Source of the DNA: Kofleriaceae bacterium | GTDB taxonomy: Bacteria; Myxococcota_A; Polyangia; Haliangiales; Haliangiaceae | Direction: 5' to 3' | Assembly: GCA_046597055.1 (NCBI GenBank) | Contig: JBKJLC010000121.1 | Coordinates: forward strand, 1 to 32,948 | DNA length: 32,948 nt | Part shown: one piece after another, positions 8,111 to 22,012 of the stretch | Layout: each line of letters begins with the position of its first letter | Position numbering within the stretch: the first letter of the stretch is position 1 | Notes under the pieces: generated by a model | What the model saw: only the letters and a program-made list of their open reading frames with translations | Told to the model about the DNA's origin: nothing | Database searches by the model: none | Translations under genes and position numbers: made by a program

Positions 8111-10171
8111 TCACGGCCACAACCACACCTCATCGACATTGAGATGCCCCCACGGGCCGCTCTCGTCATCCACCAGCGCCAGCGCCGCGGTCTGTCCGCG
8201 CAGCGCGGACACATCCCACGCCACGTCGCTGAACCGCTCTGACGACGGCAACGGCGGCGACGCGGTCCGCACCGCCTTGCCGTCGATGCGCAGCTCGACC
8301 CGCAGCTTCGAGGTATCCGCGCCGCCACCCACCCGCATCGTGATCCGCTCGCCCTGCACGACGAACGGCGGCGAGATCATCGTGCCGGTCGCCGCGTCGC
8401 CGCCATGGAACGACGTCGCGAACCAGCGGCCCCCGAACCGGCGGACCAGCCCCTGGCCCGACAGCTCCTTGCGCTCGGGGCCGTTGCCCCACGCGGCGCC
8501 CAGCACCGTCCAGTGCTCGAACGGCTCGTGCTCGAAGTCGAACAGCACCCGCACGCCGGGCGGCGGTCGCGCGGGCCCGGCCGGGACCCAGATCGAGTCG
8601 GGGACCACCCGGGCGCCGGTGTAGAGCCGCGGCCGCGCGTTCTGCGGCACCAGATCGTCAGGGCGGTAGTGGGCGGCGATCATGCCGCTCTCGAGGTGGA
8701 TGTCGCGGTTGTCGAGCACGATCGCCGCGAACCATTGGGCGCGCAGGGCCGGCTCGATCGCCCGGGCGTCGACCCGGTACCGCGGCATCACCAGCGCGGC
8801 CAGGCTGTCGGGCGGCAGCCGCAGCGCGGTGACGTCCTTGATGCCCATCCGGTGCACGTAGGGCCGCTTGCCGGCCAGGTGCGCGTACCACGGGTGCGAC
8901 GGCACCCAGACCTCGCCGGGCAGGGCGCGCAGGGTCGCGATCAGCTCGTCGCCCGCGCGGTGGTCGCGCGAGGTCGGGATGAACGCACGCGGGTTCCAGC
9001 CGGCGCCGAGCAGCTGCCCGCCCAGCAGCAGCGCACAGGTCGCGGCCGCGCCGATCGTGACCACCGGCTTCCAGCTGGCCGCGCCCGGCGTCTCGGCGCC
9101 GAGCAGCTCGGCGAGGCACGCGGCCACGGTCGGCACCACCAGCCCCGCCGCGATCGCGCCGTGCAGGAGCGCCGGCATGAACGCGTTGAAGTGGGCGAAC
9201 TCGGTGCCCCACCCGATCGCGCCGACCAGGGTCGACACCGCGTACAGGTACGTCCACAGCAGCAGCGCACGGGCCGGCGCCGGCAGCCGTCGCCGCACCA
9301 CCGCGCACACCGCGACCACGACCAGGCCGATCGCGATCAGCGTCGTCGCGACCGTGAAGCGGGTGAGGATGAGGTCGAACGAGCGCCAGAACCGATCGAT
9401 GTTCCAGTCGTGCAGCTGGTGCAGTTCGCGGATGTAGGTCCAGAACCAGCCGCCGGTCGAGCGCTCGAGGAGCGCGGTGCCGCCGAGCCCGACGAAGCCG
9501 GCCGCCGCGATCAGCGCCGGCGCGCGCCGCCAGTTGTAGACGAGGATGATCGGCCCGACCGCGAGCACGTACATCACGCCGGTCTGCTTGGCGAAGAACG
9601 ACAGGCCGAGGATCGCGCCGGCCGCGCCGACCCGCGCGTGGGCCCACACGTCGCGACCGCTGCCGGCCCACCGACTGATCGCGTAGACGCCGCCGGTGAC
9701 CATGCACAGGAACAGGGTGTCGGCGCGGACCAGGTCGTACCAGCCCTCGACGAACGGGTACCCGGCCGCGAACAGCCCGAGCGCCAGGCCGGCCCCGGCC
9801 AGCGCCGGCCCGCGCGCGCGCGGGGCGACCGCGATCGCCTGGCACACCACCAGCGCGCCGATGCCGATCAGCGACACCACCGAGATCGCGCGGCCGAGCT
9901 GGTACGAGATGCCGACCACCGAGCCGAGCAGCGCGACCAGCCCGGGGTAGAGCGGCGTGTACAGGAACGGGATGAAGTCGATCGACGGGGCCGGGTACAT
10001 CCCGTCGCCCTCCTCGACCCGCAGCGCGCCGTGCAGCACGCCGCCCTCCATCCACTCCAGGTCGTACGGGTAGGCGAACCGGCCGACGACCGCCCAGATC
10101 AGCAGGCCGAGCTGCCACAGGCCGGGCGCGGCCAGCGCCAGCCACAGCGCCGCGTGCAGGGCTCGCTTCAT
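8111..10171 (-). CDS. GT-C fold polytopic membrane glycosyltransferase with C-terminal beta-sandwich domain
   Basis: Start [10 protein letters not shown] at 10171 (ATGA overlap); [10 protein letters not shown] acidic first-loop motif, [22 protein letters not shown], many TM helices; C-terminal [34 protein letters not shown]. Confidence 0.8.
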   Translation of the reverse strand: MKRALHAALWLALAAPGLWQLGLLIWAVVGRFAYPYDLEWMEGGVLHGALRVEEGDGMYPAPSIDFIPFLYTPLYPGLVALLGSVVGISYQLGRAISVVSLIGIGALVVCQAIAVAPRARGPALAGAGLALGLFAAGYPFVEGWYDLVRADTLFLCMVTGGVYAISRWAGSGRDVWAHARVGAAGAILGLSFFAKQTGVMYVLAVGPIILVYNWRRAPALIAAAGFVGLGGTALLERSTGGWFWTYIRELHQLHDWNIDRFWRSFDLILTRFTVATTLIAIGLVVVAVCAVVRRRLPAPARALLLWTYLYAVSTLVGAIGWGTEFAHFNAFMPALLHGAIAAGLVVPTVAACLAELLGAETPGAASWKPVVTIGAAATCALLLGGQLLGAGWNPRAFIPTSRDHRAGDELIATLRALPGEVWVPSHPWYAHLAGKRPYVHRMGIKDVTALRLPPDSLAALVMPRYRVDARAIEPALRAQWFAAIVLDNRDIHLESGMIAAHYRPDDLVPQNARPRLYTGARVVPDSIWVPAGPARPPPGVRVLFDFEHEPFEHWTVLGAAWGNGPERKELSGQGLVRRFGGRWFATSFHGGDAATGTMISPPFVVQGERITMRVGGGADTSKLRVELRIDGKAVRTASPPLPSSERFSDVAWDVSALRGQTAALALVDDESGPWGHLNVDEVWLWP

Positions 10172-12921
10172 CGCACCACCTCGATCGTGGCAGCCGCGGC
10201 GCGGTTGTCGACCACCCGCACGCTCGCGGGCGCGCGCACCGGCCGGCGATCGCCCTTGCGCGCCTTGAACAGCCCGGTCCAGACCGTGTACGTGCCGGGC
10301 GCGGCGCCCGCCGGCACCGTCGCGCTGGTCGTGTAGCGGATGAACTGGCCGCGCTGCCACCACGCCAGCGGCCGCACCGGCCGGTGATCGCCGGTGAAGC
10401 GCCCGGGACCCTCGACGTGGGCGAACACCCACCAGTCGCCGCGCAGCCGGCCGCGGACCTCGAACGTCCAGGTCAGGTCGAAGGTCTGGCCGGGCTTGAC
10501 CGTGGCCGGCACGTCGAGTCCGAGCAGCCGGATCTCGCGCCCGAGGTCGATATCGAGCGGGCGCGCGACCTCGGGCCGCCCGGGCAGGAGCGCGGCGGCG
10601 GCGCCGGCCGGGATCTCCGACGAGTCGTACCAGCGCTCGAACGTCCGGCGGGCGGACAGACAGGGGCCCGGGGTCGCCGACACGTCGTGGGTCTCGTTGG
10701 GATCGGTCTCGATCCGGTAGACCTCCCAGCTGGTGTGCGGGCTGACGTTGTAGAGCACGTGGCAGCGCGCGGTCGCGGCGCCGCGCTTCTCGTGGTTGCC
10801 CTCGTACGAGACCTGCTGGAACACCGCGCGCTCGAGGTCGTCGTCGGCCCCGGCCAACCAGGGCACGAGTGACCGGCCCATCATCTCGAGGGTCGCCGGC
10901 GCGCCGGCCAGGTTGGCCAGGGTCGGCAGCAGGTCGATGTGGCCGGCCGCGGTCGCGATCCGGCGCGGCGCCAGCCCCGGCACCCGGATGATCAGCGGCA
11001 CCCGGGTCTGCGCTGCGTACAGGTCGTAACCATGCAGCTTGATGCCGTGCTCGCCGAAGCCCTCGCCGTGATCGCCTGTAATGACCACGATCGTCTTGTC
11101 CCACAGCCCGCGCTGGCGCAGGTCGTCGAACAGCCGCCCGAGGTGCAGGTCGGTGAAGCGGATCTCGTCGTCGTAGCGGTCGAGCTCGGTCGGGCCGAAC
11201 GAGCCGACCTCGGGATGCGCCTGGTAGGTGTGGTGCGGATCGTAGTAGTGGACCCACAGGAAGAAGCGGCCACGGCCATGGCCGGCGATGAAGTCGATCG
11301 CCTTGTCGGTCTGCTGCCTCGACGAGGTGCCGGTGGTGTGGGCCGGATCAGCGCCGGTGTGCAGCGACGCGTTCGTGTTGTCGTAGCTGTCGAAGCCCTG
11401 GTTCATCCCGCGCACCGGGTCGAAGTACCAGTAGTTGGTGACCGCGCCGGTCGCGAAGCCGCGCGCCTTCAGCACCTCGGCGATCGTGGTCGCCCTGGGC
11501 AGGAGGCCGGGCCAGCCGGCGATGCTGGTGTTGTAATAGACGTCGAGCGGCAGCCGGCCGCTCAGGATCGCCGGGATCGAGTAGCGGGTCGACGGCGCGT
11601 GGGCCCAGCCGGCGGTGAACAGGCCGCCCTGGGCGGCGACCGCGTCGAGGTTCGGCGTGGTCGGCCGCGGGTGACCGTACGCGCCGACGTGATCGGCGCG
11701 CAGGGTGTCGATCGTGATCAGCACGACGTTGAAGTCGGCCGGCACCGTCGCCGGCACCGGTCCGAAGCCGACCTCGTCGACCGAGCGGGTCGTGCGCGCG
11801 TCGCCGGCCACGCAGTTCTGGTCGACGCCGTCGTCAGGGATATCGGTGCCGCCGGGGTGGACCTCGCCGTCGAGATCGTTGCAGTCGTCGCCGCCGAACA
11901 CCGCGGCATGACCGTCGCGGTCGAGATCGATCATGCGCTTGAGGCCGCGCGTGATCAGGTCGCCGCCGCCCGAGTAGGCGACCGCCGCCTTGATCACCGC
12001 CGGGCTGGCACCGGTCAGCACCGCCAGCCCGAACGCGAGCAGCGGCGCGCCGGCCATCGACGCGCTGCGCGCGCCGCGCGGCAGCTGCCACCAGCGAGCG
12101 GCGATGCGCAGCCCGAGCCACACCGCGGGCGTCGCCAGCACCACCGCGACCAGGGCGATGACGAACGGGCGCAGCGGCAGCAGCGCCAGCGTCCCGCGCG
12201 CGAGCCAGGCGATCACCCCCAGCGCCAGCAGGCCTTGCAGGATCGCCGCGACCGCCGGCGCCCACGGCGACGACAGCGGGCCGGCCAGGCGGCCCCGCGC
12301 GACCAGGCGCAACACCAGCTCCAGGAGCCGGGCGACCGCGATCGCGACCAGCGCCGCCGCGATCAGCGCGACCACGGTGCCGCCCATCGCGACCGCGATC
12401 ACCAGGCCGTGGTGCTTGCGGCCGGCGAGCTGGCCCTCGAGCACGAGGTAGGCGAGCAGCAGCGCCGCGAACCCGAACGGCACCAGCGAGCTGGCGATCG
12501 ACAGGCCGACCATCGCCTCGCGCGGATCGCGGGCGCGGATCTGGGCGTGCTCGGCGCGGGCGTGGCGGACCAGCACGCCGAGCCGGGTCACGCGCATGTA
12601 GAAGATCATCGCGGCCGCGGTCAGCGCGCCGATCGCGAGCCCGAGCAACCCGTAGATCGCCGCCAGGTAGAGGACCAGCCGCAGCCGCCCGCCAACCCCG
12701 GGCAGGAACTGACCGAGCGCGCCCCACGACCACAGGCCGTCGACCAGCGCGGTGGCGGCCGCCGCGATCAGGCCGGCGATCGCGCCGGCGACCACGAGCT
12801 GACCACCCGGCGACATCGGCCGCGGGGCCCGCTGTGGCTCGGCCAGCCGCGCGACCTCAGACCCGCTCGCAGGGACGGCGGTGACCGTCGGCGGGCCCGG
12901 GTCGGCGTGCACGTCGGCCAT
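10168..12921 (-). CDS. Membrane-anchored sulfatase-like hydrolase/transferase (alkaline phosphatase superfamily) with MopE-like metal-binding motif and C-terminal Ig-like domain
   Basis: Multi-TM N-terminus; [72 protein letters not shown] in place of CxPxR. Confidence 0.85.
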   Translation of the reverse strand: MADVHADPGPPTVTAVPASGSEVARLAEPQRAPRPMSPGGQLVVAGAIAGLIAAAATALVDGLWSWGALGQFLPGVGGRLRLVLYLAAIYGLLGLAIGALTAAAMIFYMRVTRLGVLVRHARAEHAQIRARDPREAMVGLSIASSLVPFGFAALLLAYLVLEGQLAGRKHHGLVIAVAMGGTVVALIAAALVAIAVARLLELVLRLVARGRLAGPLSSPWAPAVAAILQGLLALGVIAWLARGTLALLPLRPFVIALVAVVLATPAVWLGLRIAARWWQLPRGARSASMAGAPLLAFGLAVLTGASPAVIKAAVAYSGGGDLITRGLKRMIDLDRDGHAAVFGGDDCNDLDGEVHPGGTDIPDDGVDQNCVAGDARTTRSVDEVGFGPVPATVPADFNVVLITIDTLRADHVGAYGHPRPTTPNLDAVAAQGGLFTAGWAHAPSTRYSIPAILSGRLPLDVYYNTSIAGWPGLLPRATTIAEVLKARGFATGAVTNYWYFDPVRGMNQGFDSYDNTNASLHTGADPAHTTGTSSRQQTDKAIDFIAGHGRGRFFLWVHYYDPHHTYQAHPEVGSFGPTELDRYDDEIRFTDLHLGRLFDDLRQRGLWDKTIVVITGDHGEGFGEHGIKLHGYDLYAAQTRVPLIIRVPGLAPRRIATAAGHIDLLPTLANLAGAPATLEMMGRSLVPWLAGADDDLERAVFQQVSYEGNHEKRGAATARCHVLYNVSPHTSWEVYRIETDPNETHDVSATPGPCLSARRTFERWYDSSEIPAGAAAALLPGRPEVARPLDIDLGREIRLLGLDVPATVKPGQTFDLTWTFEVRGRLRGDWWVFAHVEGPGRFTGDHRPVRPLAWWQRGQFIRYTTSATVPAGAAPGTYTVWTGLFKARKGDRRPVRAPASVRVVDNRAAAATIEVVR

Positions 12922-12986
12922 CGAGCGCTCGAACCTACCAGATCGTCAGCTTGATCGAAGTCGGCGGGTCAGTATCCTCCCCCGCG

Positions 12987-14675
12987 GTGTCCGAAACCCC
13001 ACGACCCAACATCCGGGCCCGCTTGCGGTGGGCGCCGCTGGTCGTGGCGTCGGCGATCTTGATCTGGCATTCGCTCCAGTACGACTTCATCACCGACGAC
13101 GCCTACATCTCGTTCGTCTTCTCGCGCAACCTGGCCGAGCACGGCCAGCTCGCCTTCAACCCGGGCAGCCCGGTGGAGGGCTACACCAACTTCCTGTGGA
13201 CGTTCGTCCTCGGCGTGCTGATGCTGGTCGGCATCCCGCCCGAGATCGCGTCGCGGGTGCTGGGCACCGCCCTCGGCATCGGCGGCCTGTGGATGAGCTT
13301 CCGCATCACCGAGCGCCTGCTCGGCCGCGGCCACGGGCTCGCCGGGCTGCCGCCGCTCTTGCTCGCGTGGTCGAGCGGCTACGCGTGCTGGTCGTCGGGT
13401 GGCCTCGAGACCCAGCTCTACACGTTCCTGGTCGCCGGCGCGCTCGACGCCTACCTCGCCGCCGACGAGACCCCGCGGGCGCTGCGCCGCATGGGCGTGA
13501 TGCTGGCGCTGGCGTCGATGACGCGGCCCGAGGGACCGATGCTGGTGGCGATCATCGGCCTCCACCGGTTGGCGACGAACCTCGTGCGCGAGCGCCGGCT
13601 GCGCCCGAGCCGCGACGAGTGGCTGGCGGCCGGCTGGTTCCTCGGCCTGTGGGCGCCATGGTTCCTGTGGCGCTGGTGGTACTACGGCGCGCCGTTCCCC
13701 AACACGTACTACGTGAAGGCGGCTGGCACCGCGATCGCCGGGTACGAGGCCAAGATGCGCCAGCACGGCCTTCATTATGTCGTGCGCTGGTTCCAGCAGA
13801 CCGGGCTGGTCTGGGCCAGCCCGGTGGCCTTCCTGGGCCTGATCGCGGCCCCGCGCGGCGCGCGCTTCCGCTTCGTCCTGCTCGCCGCCGCGCTCGCCGG
13901 TGCCTACCTCGCCTATGCGGTGAGCGTGGGCGGCGACTTCATGGGCCTCCACCGGTTCATCATGCCGGTGTTCGTGATCGCCGCGGTGGTGGTCACGCTC
14001 GGCGTGGATAACCTGACCTGGCCGCTGCGGCGCGCGCCGGACCGGGCCGCCGCGCTGGCGGCCGGGCTCGCGCTGGCGCTGCTCGTGGGGTTCGCGACCC
14101 AGCAGTGGGCGCTGACCAGGAAGAGCCTGACGTTCGGCAACTTCAAGAACGACGACGGCATCGACACGCCGGCGTTTCTGCGCGTCTACGCGCAGGATCG
14201 CGCGCTGATCGGCGACCGGCTGCGGCCGTGCGTGCGGCCCGACGACTTCGCGATCTTCGGCGGCGTCGGCGCGATGCCGTACCACGCGCGCCTGCGCGGC
14301 ATCGACGTGTTCGGCCTGGTGTCGTGGTCGATCGCGCACCTGGTGCCGCGCTCGCGCGACCGCGCCGGCCACAACAAGTGGGGCGACGACGCGCGGCTCT
14401 TGACCAGCCGCTTCGATCCGCTGGTGGCGCCGTTCGCCCAGATTCCGGGGCTCTTGCCCGGCGCCGAGGCGCGCTACCCGACCCTGGTGATGCACTGCTA
14501 CGACCTGCGCCGCACGCCCGGGGTGGCGCCGCTCGGCCACTGCGCCGGGTTCTGGGAGGCGCGCGGCTACCAGCGCGTCGTCCTTCAGGTGCCGGGCCTG
14601 CTCGAGCGCGGCGAGTACTACACGTTCCTGGTTCGCAAGGACCGCGGGTTCGAGTGTCCGGGACTCGGACGATGA
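12987..14675 (+). CDS. GT-C glycosyltransferase (AftB-like arabinofuranosyltransferase-related family)
   Basis: DDAYISFVFSRNL..G.LAFNPG.PVEGYTNFLW, SGGLET, TRPEG, YYGAPFPNTYYVK, GGDFM..HRF; GTG start chosen from the -10 spacing (track start 12951). Confidence 0.8.
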   Translation: MSETPRPNIRARLRWAPLVVASAILIWHSLQYDFITDDAYISFVFSRNLAEHGQLAFNPGSPVEGYTNFLWTFVLGVLMLVGIPPEIASRVLGTALGIGGLWMSFRITERLLGRGHGLAGLPPLLLAWSSGYACWSSGGLETQLYTFLVAGALDAYLAADETPRALRRMGVMLALASMTRPEGPMLVAIIGLHRLATNLVRERRLRPSRDEWLAAGWFLGLWAPWFLWRWWYYGAPFPNTYYVKAAGTAIAGYEAKMRQHGLHYVVRWFQQTGLVWASPVAFLGLIAAPRGARFRFVLLAAALAGAYLAYAVSVGGDFMGLHRFIMPVFVIAAVVVTLGVDNLTWPLRRAPDRAAALAAGLALALLVGFATQQWALTRKSLTFGNFKNDDGIDTPAFLRVYAQDRALIGDRLRPCVRPDDFAIFGGVGAMPYHARLRGIDVFGLVSWSIAHLVPRSRDRAGHNKWGDDARLLTSRFDPLVAPFAQIPGLLPGAEARYPTLVMHCYDLRRTPGVAPLGHCAGFWEARGYQRVVLQVPGLLERGEYYTFLVRKDRGFECPGLGR

Positions 14676-16774
14676 GCCCGGACCCGCCGCGGCCGCCGAT
14701 CCCGCGCGCGGTGGTGCCGGCGCCAGGGGGATGGCGGCGGGCGCTGCGCACGCTGGCGCCGTGGCTGCTCACCCTCGGTGCGATCGTGATCGTGCTCGCG
14801 GTCCGCGCCGGCGGCGCCGACGACCCGCTGACCCGGCTGGCCCCGGCCGAGCGCAAGCCAGGCGATCCGGCCGGGGTCGCCCGCGAGGGCAGCCTGTTCC
14901 TGCCGCGCGGCGGCCCCTACGTGATCGGCTTCTCGTCGCCGGGACCGGCGCTGCTCGAGCTCACCGGCCAGCCCCGTCATGCCGGCACTGGCCTGGTCAA
15001 GCCGCGCATCCTGCTCCAGGCTGGCGTGATCGGCCTCCGCTTCGTCGGGCCACCCGGGGCGCGCCTGGTCTGGTCGCCGCCGGGGCGACGCGGCGATCCC
15101 GAGTACCTCCCGGTCAGCTCGCTGTCGCCGGCGCCGCCGGCGCTGGCTCGCTTCGATCATCCCGGCGAGAGCCGCGGCCACGCGCTGGCCGCGACCGCGA
15201 TCGTCGTCCTCCTCCTCGCGCTCGGCGGCTGGCTGGCGCGGCGACGGATCGCGGCGGTGCCGCGGCCGGCCCTGCTCGGCTTCCTCGCGGTGCTGGTCGC
15301 GGCGCTCGCCGTGCGCGCCTGGGATCTCGGCGCCGCCGGCGAGACCTGGGACGAGGCGGTCTACTACGCGTCCGGCAAGAACTACGTGCAGAACCTCCTG
15401 CGCGGTGACCTCGACGACGCCGCCTGGCGCTGGAACTACGAGCACCCGCCGGTCTCGAAGTATCTGGCCGGGCTCGGTGGGCTGTGGGCCGACGGCTTCG
15501 GCCCGTCGCGGTTCGTCGCGGCCCTGGTGATGGCGCTGGCGTGCGCGCTGCTGGTGCCGATCGGCGCCCGCCTGCATTCCCAGGCTGCCGGCGTTGCCGC
15601 CGGCGTCGTCGCCGCGCTCACGCCGCACCTGATCGCGCACGGCCAGATCGTCGGGCACGAGGCGCCGACCGCGCTGGTCTGGTCCCTCGGGGTGTGGGCG
15701 TGCCTGCGGGTGTGGGACCGCGGCACCGCCGCGCGCGCGGTGCTACCCCGGCTCGCGCTCTGTGGCGTGGTGCTCGGCGCTGCGCTGATGGTGCGGTTCG
15801 TCAACGGGCTGCTGGCGCCGGCGATGGGGCTCACGATCTTGCTGACCGCGCCGGTCGGCGCGCGCCGCCGCGCGGTGGGGTGGGGCCTGGCGATCGTCCC
15901 GGCGGTCGCGATCATCACGGCGATCGCGCTGTGGCCCCGGCTGTGGACCAACCCGCTCGCCAACCTGACCGAGGCATGGAGCAAGCTCAAGGGCACCCAC
16001 AGCGAGGAGCCGTTCTTCGGCGTGATGACCAAGGTCCCCCCGCGCTGGTACTTCCTCGCCTATCTCGGCGCGACCGCGCCGCTCGGGCTGCTGGTCGCCG
16101 CCACCGGCGGGGTGGTCGCCTGGCTCCGCGACGGCGCGCGCCGGCCCCGGCTGTGGATCGCGCTGGTGTGGCTGATGACGCCGCTGGCGGTGGCGCTGTC
16201 GCCGGTGCGCCAGGACGGCATCCGCTACATCATCCCGTCGCTGCTCGCGCTCGCGCTGCTCGCCGGGGTCGGGGTGGCCGCGCTCGGCGCGGCGCTGGCG
16301 GCGGCGGTCGAGCGCCGGCGCCGGCTGGTCGCGGCGGCGCCGACGGTGGCTCTCGCGGGCTACCTGATCATCGCCTGCACCGGGATCCATCCGTTCTATC
16401 TCGACTACTACGGCGAGCACGTCGGCGGCACCGCGGGCGTCGCGCGCGCGCGCCGGTTCGAGGTCGCGTGGTGGGGCGAGGGCGTCGGCGCGGCGATCGC
16501 GTACGTCAACCAGCACGCCGCGCCCGGCGACCGGGTCCATCGGTCGTGCGTCGAGCCCGCGCACCTGACCTGGTTCCGCGGCGATCTGTGGGAGCCGGTG
16601 GTCGACCCGCGGGCCGCGCGCTGGATCGTCCACTACCAGGCGAGCTGGCGGAAGTGTCCGCTGCCGCCGACCGCGACCCGGGTGTACACGGTGTCGGCGG
16701 GCGGCGCGCCGCTCGCGTACGTGTACCGCAACGACGCCGCGCCTCCGGCACCGCCGCCCCCAGGATCGCCATGA
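14672..16774 (+). CDS. GT-C glycosyltransferase (ArnT/PMT_2-like) with degenerate PA14-like periplasmic domain
   Basis: ATG 14672 overlaps previous stop; GETWDEAVY, EHPPVSKYL, many TM helices, IHPFYLDYYGEHVGG, WWGEG. Confidence 0.8.
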   Translation: MSPDPPRPPIPRAVVPAPGGWRRALRTLAPWLLTLGAIVIVLAVRAGGADDPLTRLAPAERKPGDPAGVAREGSLFLPRGGPYVIGFSSPGPALLELTGQPRHAGTGLVKPRILLQAGVIGLRFVGPPGARLVWSPPGRRGDPEYLPVSSLSPAPPALARFDHPGESRGHALAATAIVVLLLALGGWLARRRIAAVPRPALLGFLAVLVAALAVRAWDLGAAGETWDEAVYYASGKNYVQNLLRGDLDDAAWRWNYEHPPVSKYLAGLGGLWADGFGPSRFVAALVMALACALLVPIGARLHSQAAGVAAGVVAALTPHLIAHGQIVGHEAPTALVWSLGVWACLRVWDRGTAARAVLPRLALCGVVLGAALMVRFVNGLLAPAMGLTILLTAPVGARRRAVGWGLAIVPAVAIITAIALWPRLWTNPLANLTEAWSKLKGTHSEEPFFGVMTKVPPRWYFLAYLGATAPLGLLVAATGGVVAWLRDGARRPRLWIALVWLMTPLAVALSPVRQDGIRYIIPSLLALALLAGVGVAALGAALAAAVERRRRLVAAAPTVALAGYLIIACTGIHPFYLDYYGEHVGGTAGVARARRFEVAWWGEGVGAAIAYVNQHAAPGDRVHRSCVEPAHLTWFRGDLWEPVVDPRAARWIVHYQASWRKCPLPPTATRVYTVSAGGAPLAYVYRNDAAPPAPPPPGSP

Positions 16775-17319
16775 AGCCCCGCCGCCTCGCGATCTACCGC
16801 GCCGCCGACCAGCTCACCACCGCGGTCATCGACGGCACCGGCCTGGCGTGTCCGACCGGCTGCGGCGCCTGCTGCATCCGGACCCCGCCCCACGTCAGCA
16901 TCGCCGACGTCGCGCCGATCGCGCGGGCCGCGGTCGCCAGCGGCGAGGCCGAGGCGCTGCTGGCCCGCGCTCGCACCACCGGCCCGGGGCCGTGCATCCT
17001 GTACGCGCCCGGCCAGCTCCCCGGCGGCTGCACGGTCTACCCGATCCGACCCATCATCTGCCGGCTGTTCGCGTTCGCCGCGGTCCGCGACAAGCACGGC
17101 GAGCCCGAGCTCGCGATCTGCCGCGAGCACTCGGCCGCCGACCCGGCCGCGCCCGCGCGGGTCCGCGCCTACCTCGCCGCCGGCGGGGTCACCCCGTACT
17201 TCGCCGATCTCCAGCTCGAGGCCCACGCCCCTGACGACGGCCCGGCCGAGCTCATGCCGATCAACGACGCGCTCGCGATCGCGCTCGAGCGCGAGCTCCT
17301 GCGCGACCAGTACCGCTGA
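16771..17319 (+). CDS. YkgJ family cysteine-cluster (CxxCxxCC) protein
   Basis: CPTGCGACC, C..Y, CTVYPIRPIICRLF; ATGA overlap with previous gene. Confidence 0.88.
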   Translation: MKPRRLAIYRAADQLTTAVIDGTGLACPTGCGACCIRTPPHVSIADVAPIARAAVASGEAEALLARARTTGPGPCILYAPGQLPGGCTVYPIRPIICRLFAFAAVRDKHGEPELAICREHSAADPAAPARVRAYLAAGGVTPYFADLQLEAHAPDDGPAELMPINDALAIALERELLRDQYR

Positions 17320-17383
17320 ACCGCTTGCCGGCGGCCAGCCGGCCGAGCGCGCGCCATTGCCCGGTGGTGACCGCGTGCCTCGA

Positions 17384-18031
17384 TCACCCCTTGCGATGGA
17401 AGCGGCTGGTGCGCTGCAAGCTCTCGACCAGCTCGGGCCGGGCCCGGCTGGGATGGCCACAGGAGAACGGCGGCTGCGGGTCGTACTCGATGCCGAGCTG
17501 GATCCGCTCGGCGTCGGCGTCGCCGAACACGCGCGCGACCAGCTCGAGCGCGGCGTCGATGCCGCTCGACACGCCGGCGCCGGTGACCACGTTGTCCGAC
17601 CACACCACCCGGCGCTCGGTCGGGTCGGCGCCGAGCCGTCCGAGCTCCTCCATCGCGAGCCAGTGGGTGGTGGCGGGCCGCCCGCGCAGCACGCCGGCCT
17701 GGGCGAGCAGCAGGGTGCCGGTACACACGCCCAGGATCCAGCGCGCTTCACCTGCGCGCGCGCTGAGGAAGCCGATGAGCGCCGGGTCGTCCATCCCCGG
17801 GGTCTGGCCGGGCCCCCCGGGGACCACGAGGATGTCGAGCGCGGGGGCGCTCGCGAAGTCCACGTCGGGGAGCAGGCGCAGACCGCGGTCCGACACCACC
17901 GGCGCGGTCGACGCGGCGACCATCAGGCACTGCAGGCTGGTCCGCGCCAGGACCTCGTGCGGTCCGATCACATCGAGGCCGGTGTAGCCCGGGAACAGCA
18001 CGATCCCGGCGGTCATGGGTGGGGTGGTCAT
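17384..18031 (-). CDS. DJ-1/PfpI family protein, isonitrile hydratase-like subfamily
   Basis: LDVIGPHEV (Asp), VVPGG, GVCTG catalytic Cys, ATTHW, TGAGVSSGIDAAL, IQLGIEYDPQPPF. Confidence 0.88.
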   Translation of the reverse strand: MTTPPMTAGIVLFPGYTGLDVIGPHEVLARTSLQCLMVAASTAPVVSDRGLRLLPDVDFASAPALDILVVPGGPGQTPGMDDPALIGFLSARAGEARWILGVCTGTLLLAQAGVLRGRPATTHWLAMEELGRLGADPTERRVVWSDNVVTGAGVSSGIDAALELVARVFGDADAERIQLGIEYDPQPPFSCGHPSRARPELVESLQRTSRFHRKG

Positions 18032-18213
18032 CGCTGCACCTCGTGGGCGGGCGCGGCGGCGCCCCGGGCCTTGCGGGAGGTCTCACGAACCAGCCGCGCG
18101 AGATACCGGCGGGGGAGCTCGCGCACCCGCGGCATCGGCAGCGGGGATCGGCCGGCACCGAGGCCGACGATCGCGTCGGGGTTGGTCCGCGAGAACGTCT
18201 TGTCGCTGTTCAT
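18028..18213 (-). CDS. Possible 61-aa small basic protein coupled to the DJ-1 gene
   Basis: MNSDKTFSRTNPDAIVGLG..EVQR fills the intergenic gap and its stop overlaps the DJ-1 ATG (ATGA); no RBS or recognised homology. Confidence 0.4.
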   Translation of the reverse strand: MNSDKTFSRTNPDAIVGLGAGRSPLPMPRVRELPRRYLARLVRETSRKARGAAAPAHEVQR

Positions 18214-18251
18214 GTAGGAGCGGCCGCGCGCGCCGCGCCGCGGACGCGCTG

Positions 18252-18818
18252 CTACTCGATCGGCGCGAGCTGCGCCGCGAACCGCTGCCCGCTCGCGCCG
18301 GCGAGGTGCGCGCCGCCGCTGTCGACCGCATCGTCGGCGTTGGCCTTCTTGCCCGACTTGTCCGCCGGCGCCGCGGCGCCGCGCACGCCCGAGATGTTCC
18401 ACGACTGCGTGCAGTAGGCCTTGCCCTGCAGGTAGTACTCGGCGACGAAGACCATCTGCAGCACGCCGTCGTCGTTGACGGTGCCGGCGACCGAGAACCG
18501 GCCGTCGAGGCCCTTGATCGAGGTCTTGCCGAGCTTGGAGGTCGCCTTGACCCGCCCGCCCTTGCTGGCCGCGCCGGCCATGATCGGGATGCGCTCGATG
18601 TCGACCGCGACCGAGCTCGACTTGCGCTTGGTGACCGCGAGCGAGCCGCGGGTCAGCGCCATCCCGGTGTTCTCGCAGTTGGAGGTGACCTCCTCGTACT
18701 TCACGTCGAACCGCCCGGAGACCTGGTCCGCATTGTCGGCGGCGGCGACCGTCACCGAGGCCAGCGAGACCACGGCGACCACAGCGATCCCGAGCAGTTT
18801 GCGAGCGAGTTCAGACAT
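18252..18818 (-). CDS. Secreted hypothetical protein
   Basis: Signal peptide MSELARKLLGIAVVAVVSLASVTVAAA, two Cys in mature part, strongly G/C-ending codons. Confidence 0.75.
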   Translation of the reverse strand: MSELARKLLGIAVVAVVSLASVTVAAADNADQVSGRFDVKYEEVTSNCENTGMALTRGSLAVTKRKSSSVAVDIERIPIMAGAASKGGRVKATSKLGKTSIKGLDGRFSVAGTVNDDGVLQMVFVAEYYLQGKAYCTQSWNISGVRGAAAPADKSGKKANADDAVDSGGAHLAGASGQRFAAQLAPIE

Positions 18819-18945
18819 GGCAACCACTGAGACATCCCGGCACGTGCGCCCATTCACACGCGCGATCGTCGTCTGAAACGTGAGCGGGCGCGAGGGGTTC
18901 GGGCATGTCTGCCGATCACTTCCGTGTAGGTGGACGTCGGTCTGG

Positions 18946-22005
<3,060 letters not shown>

Positions 22006-22012
22006 GGGTACG

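Noticed and set aside
7729..8328. ORFs encoding RQ or CR dipeptide repeats
   Set aside because: Translations of the intergenic hexamer repeat that overlap real genes
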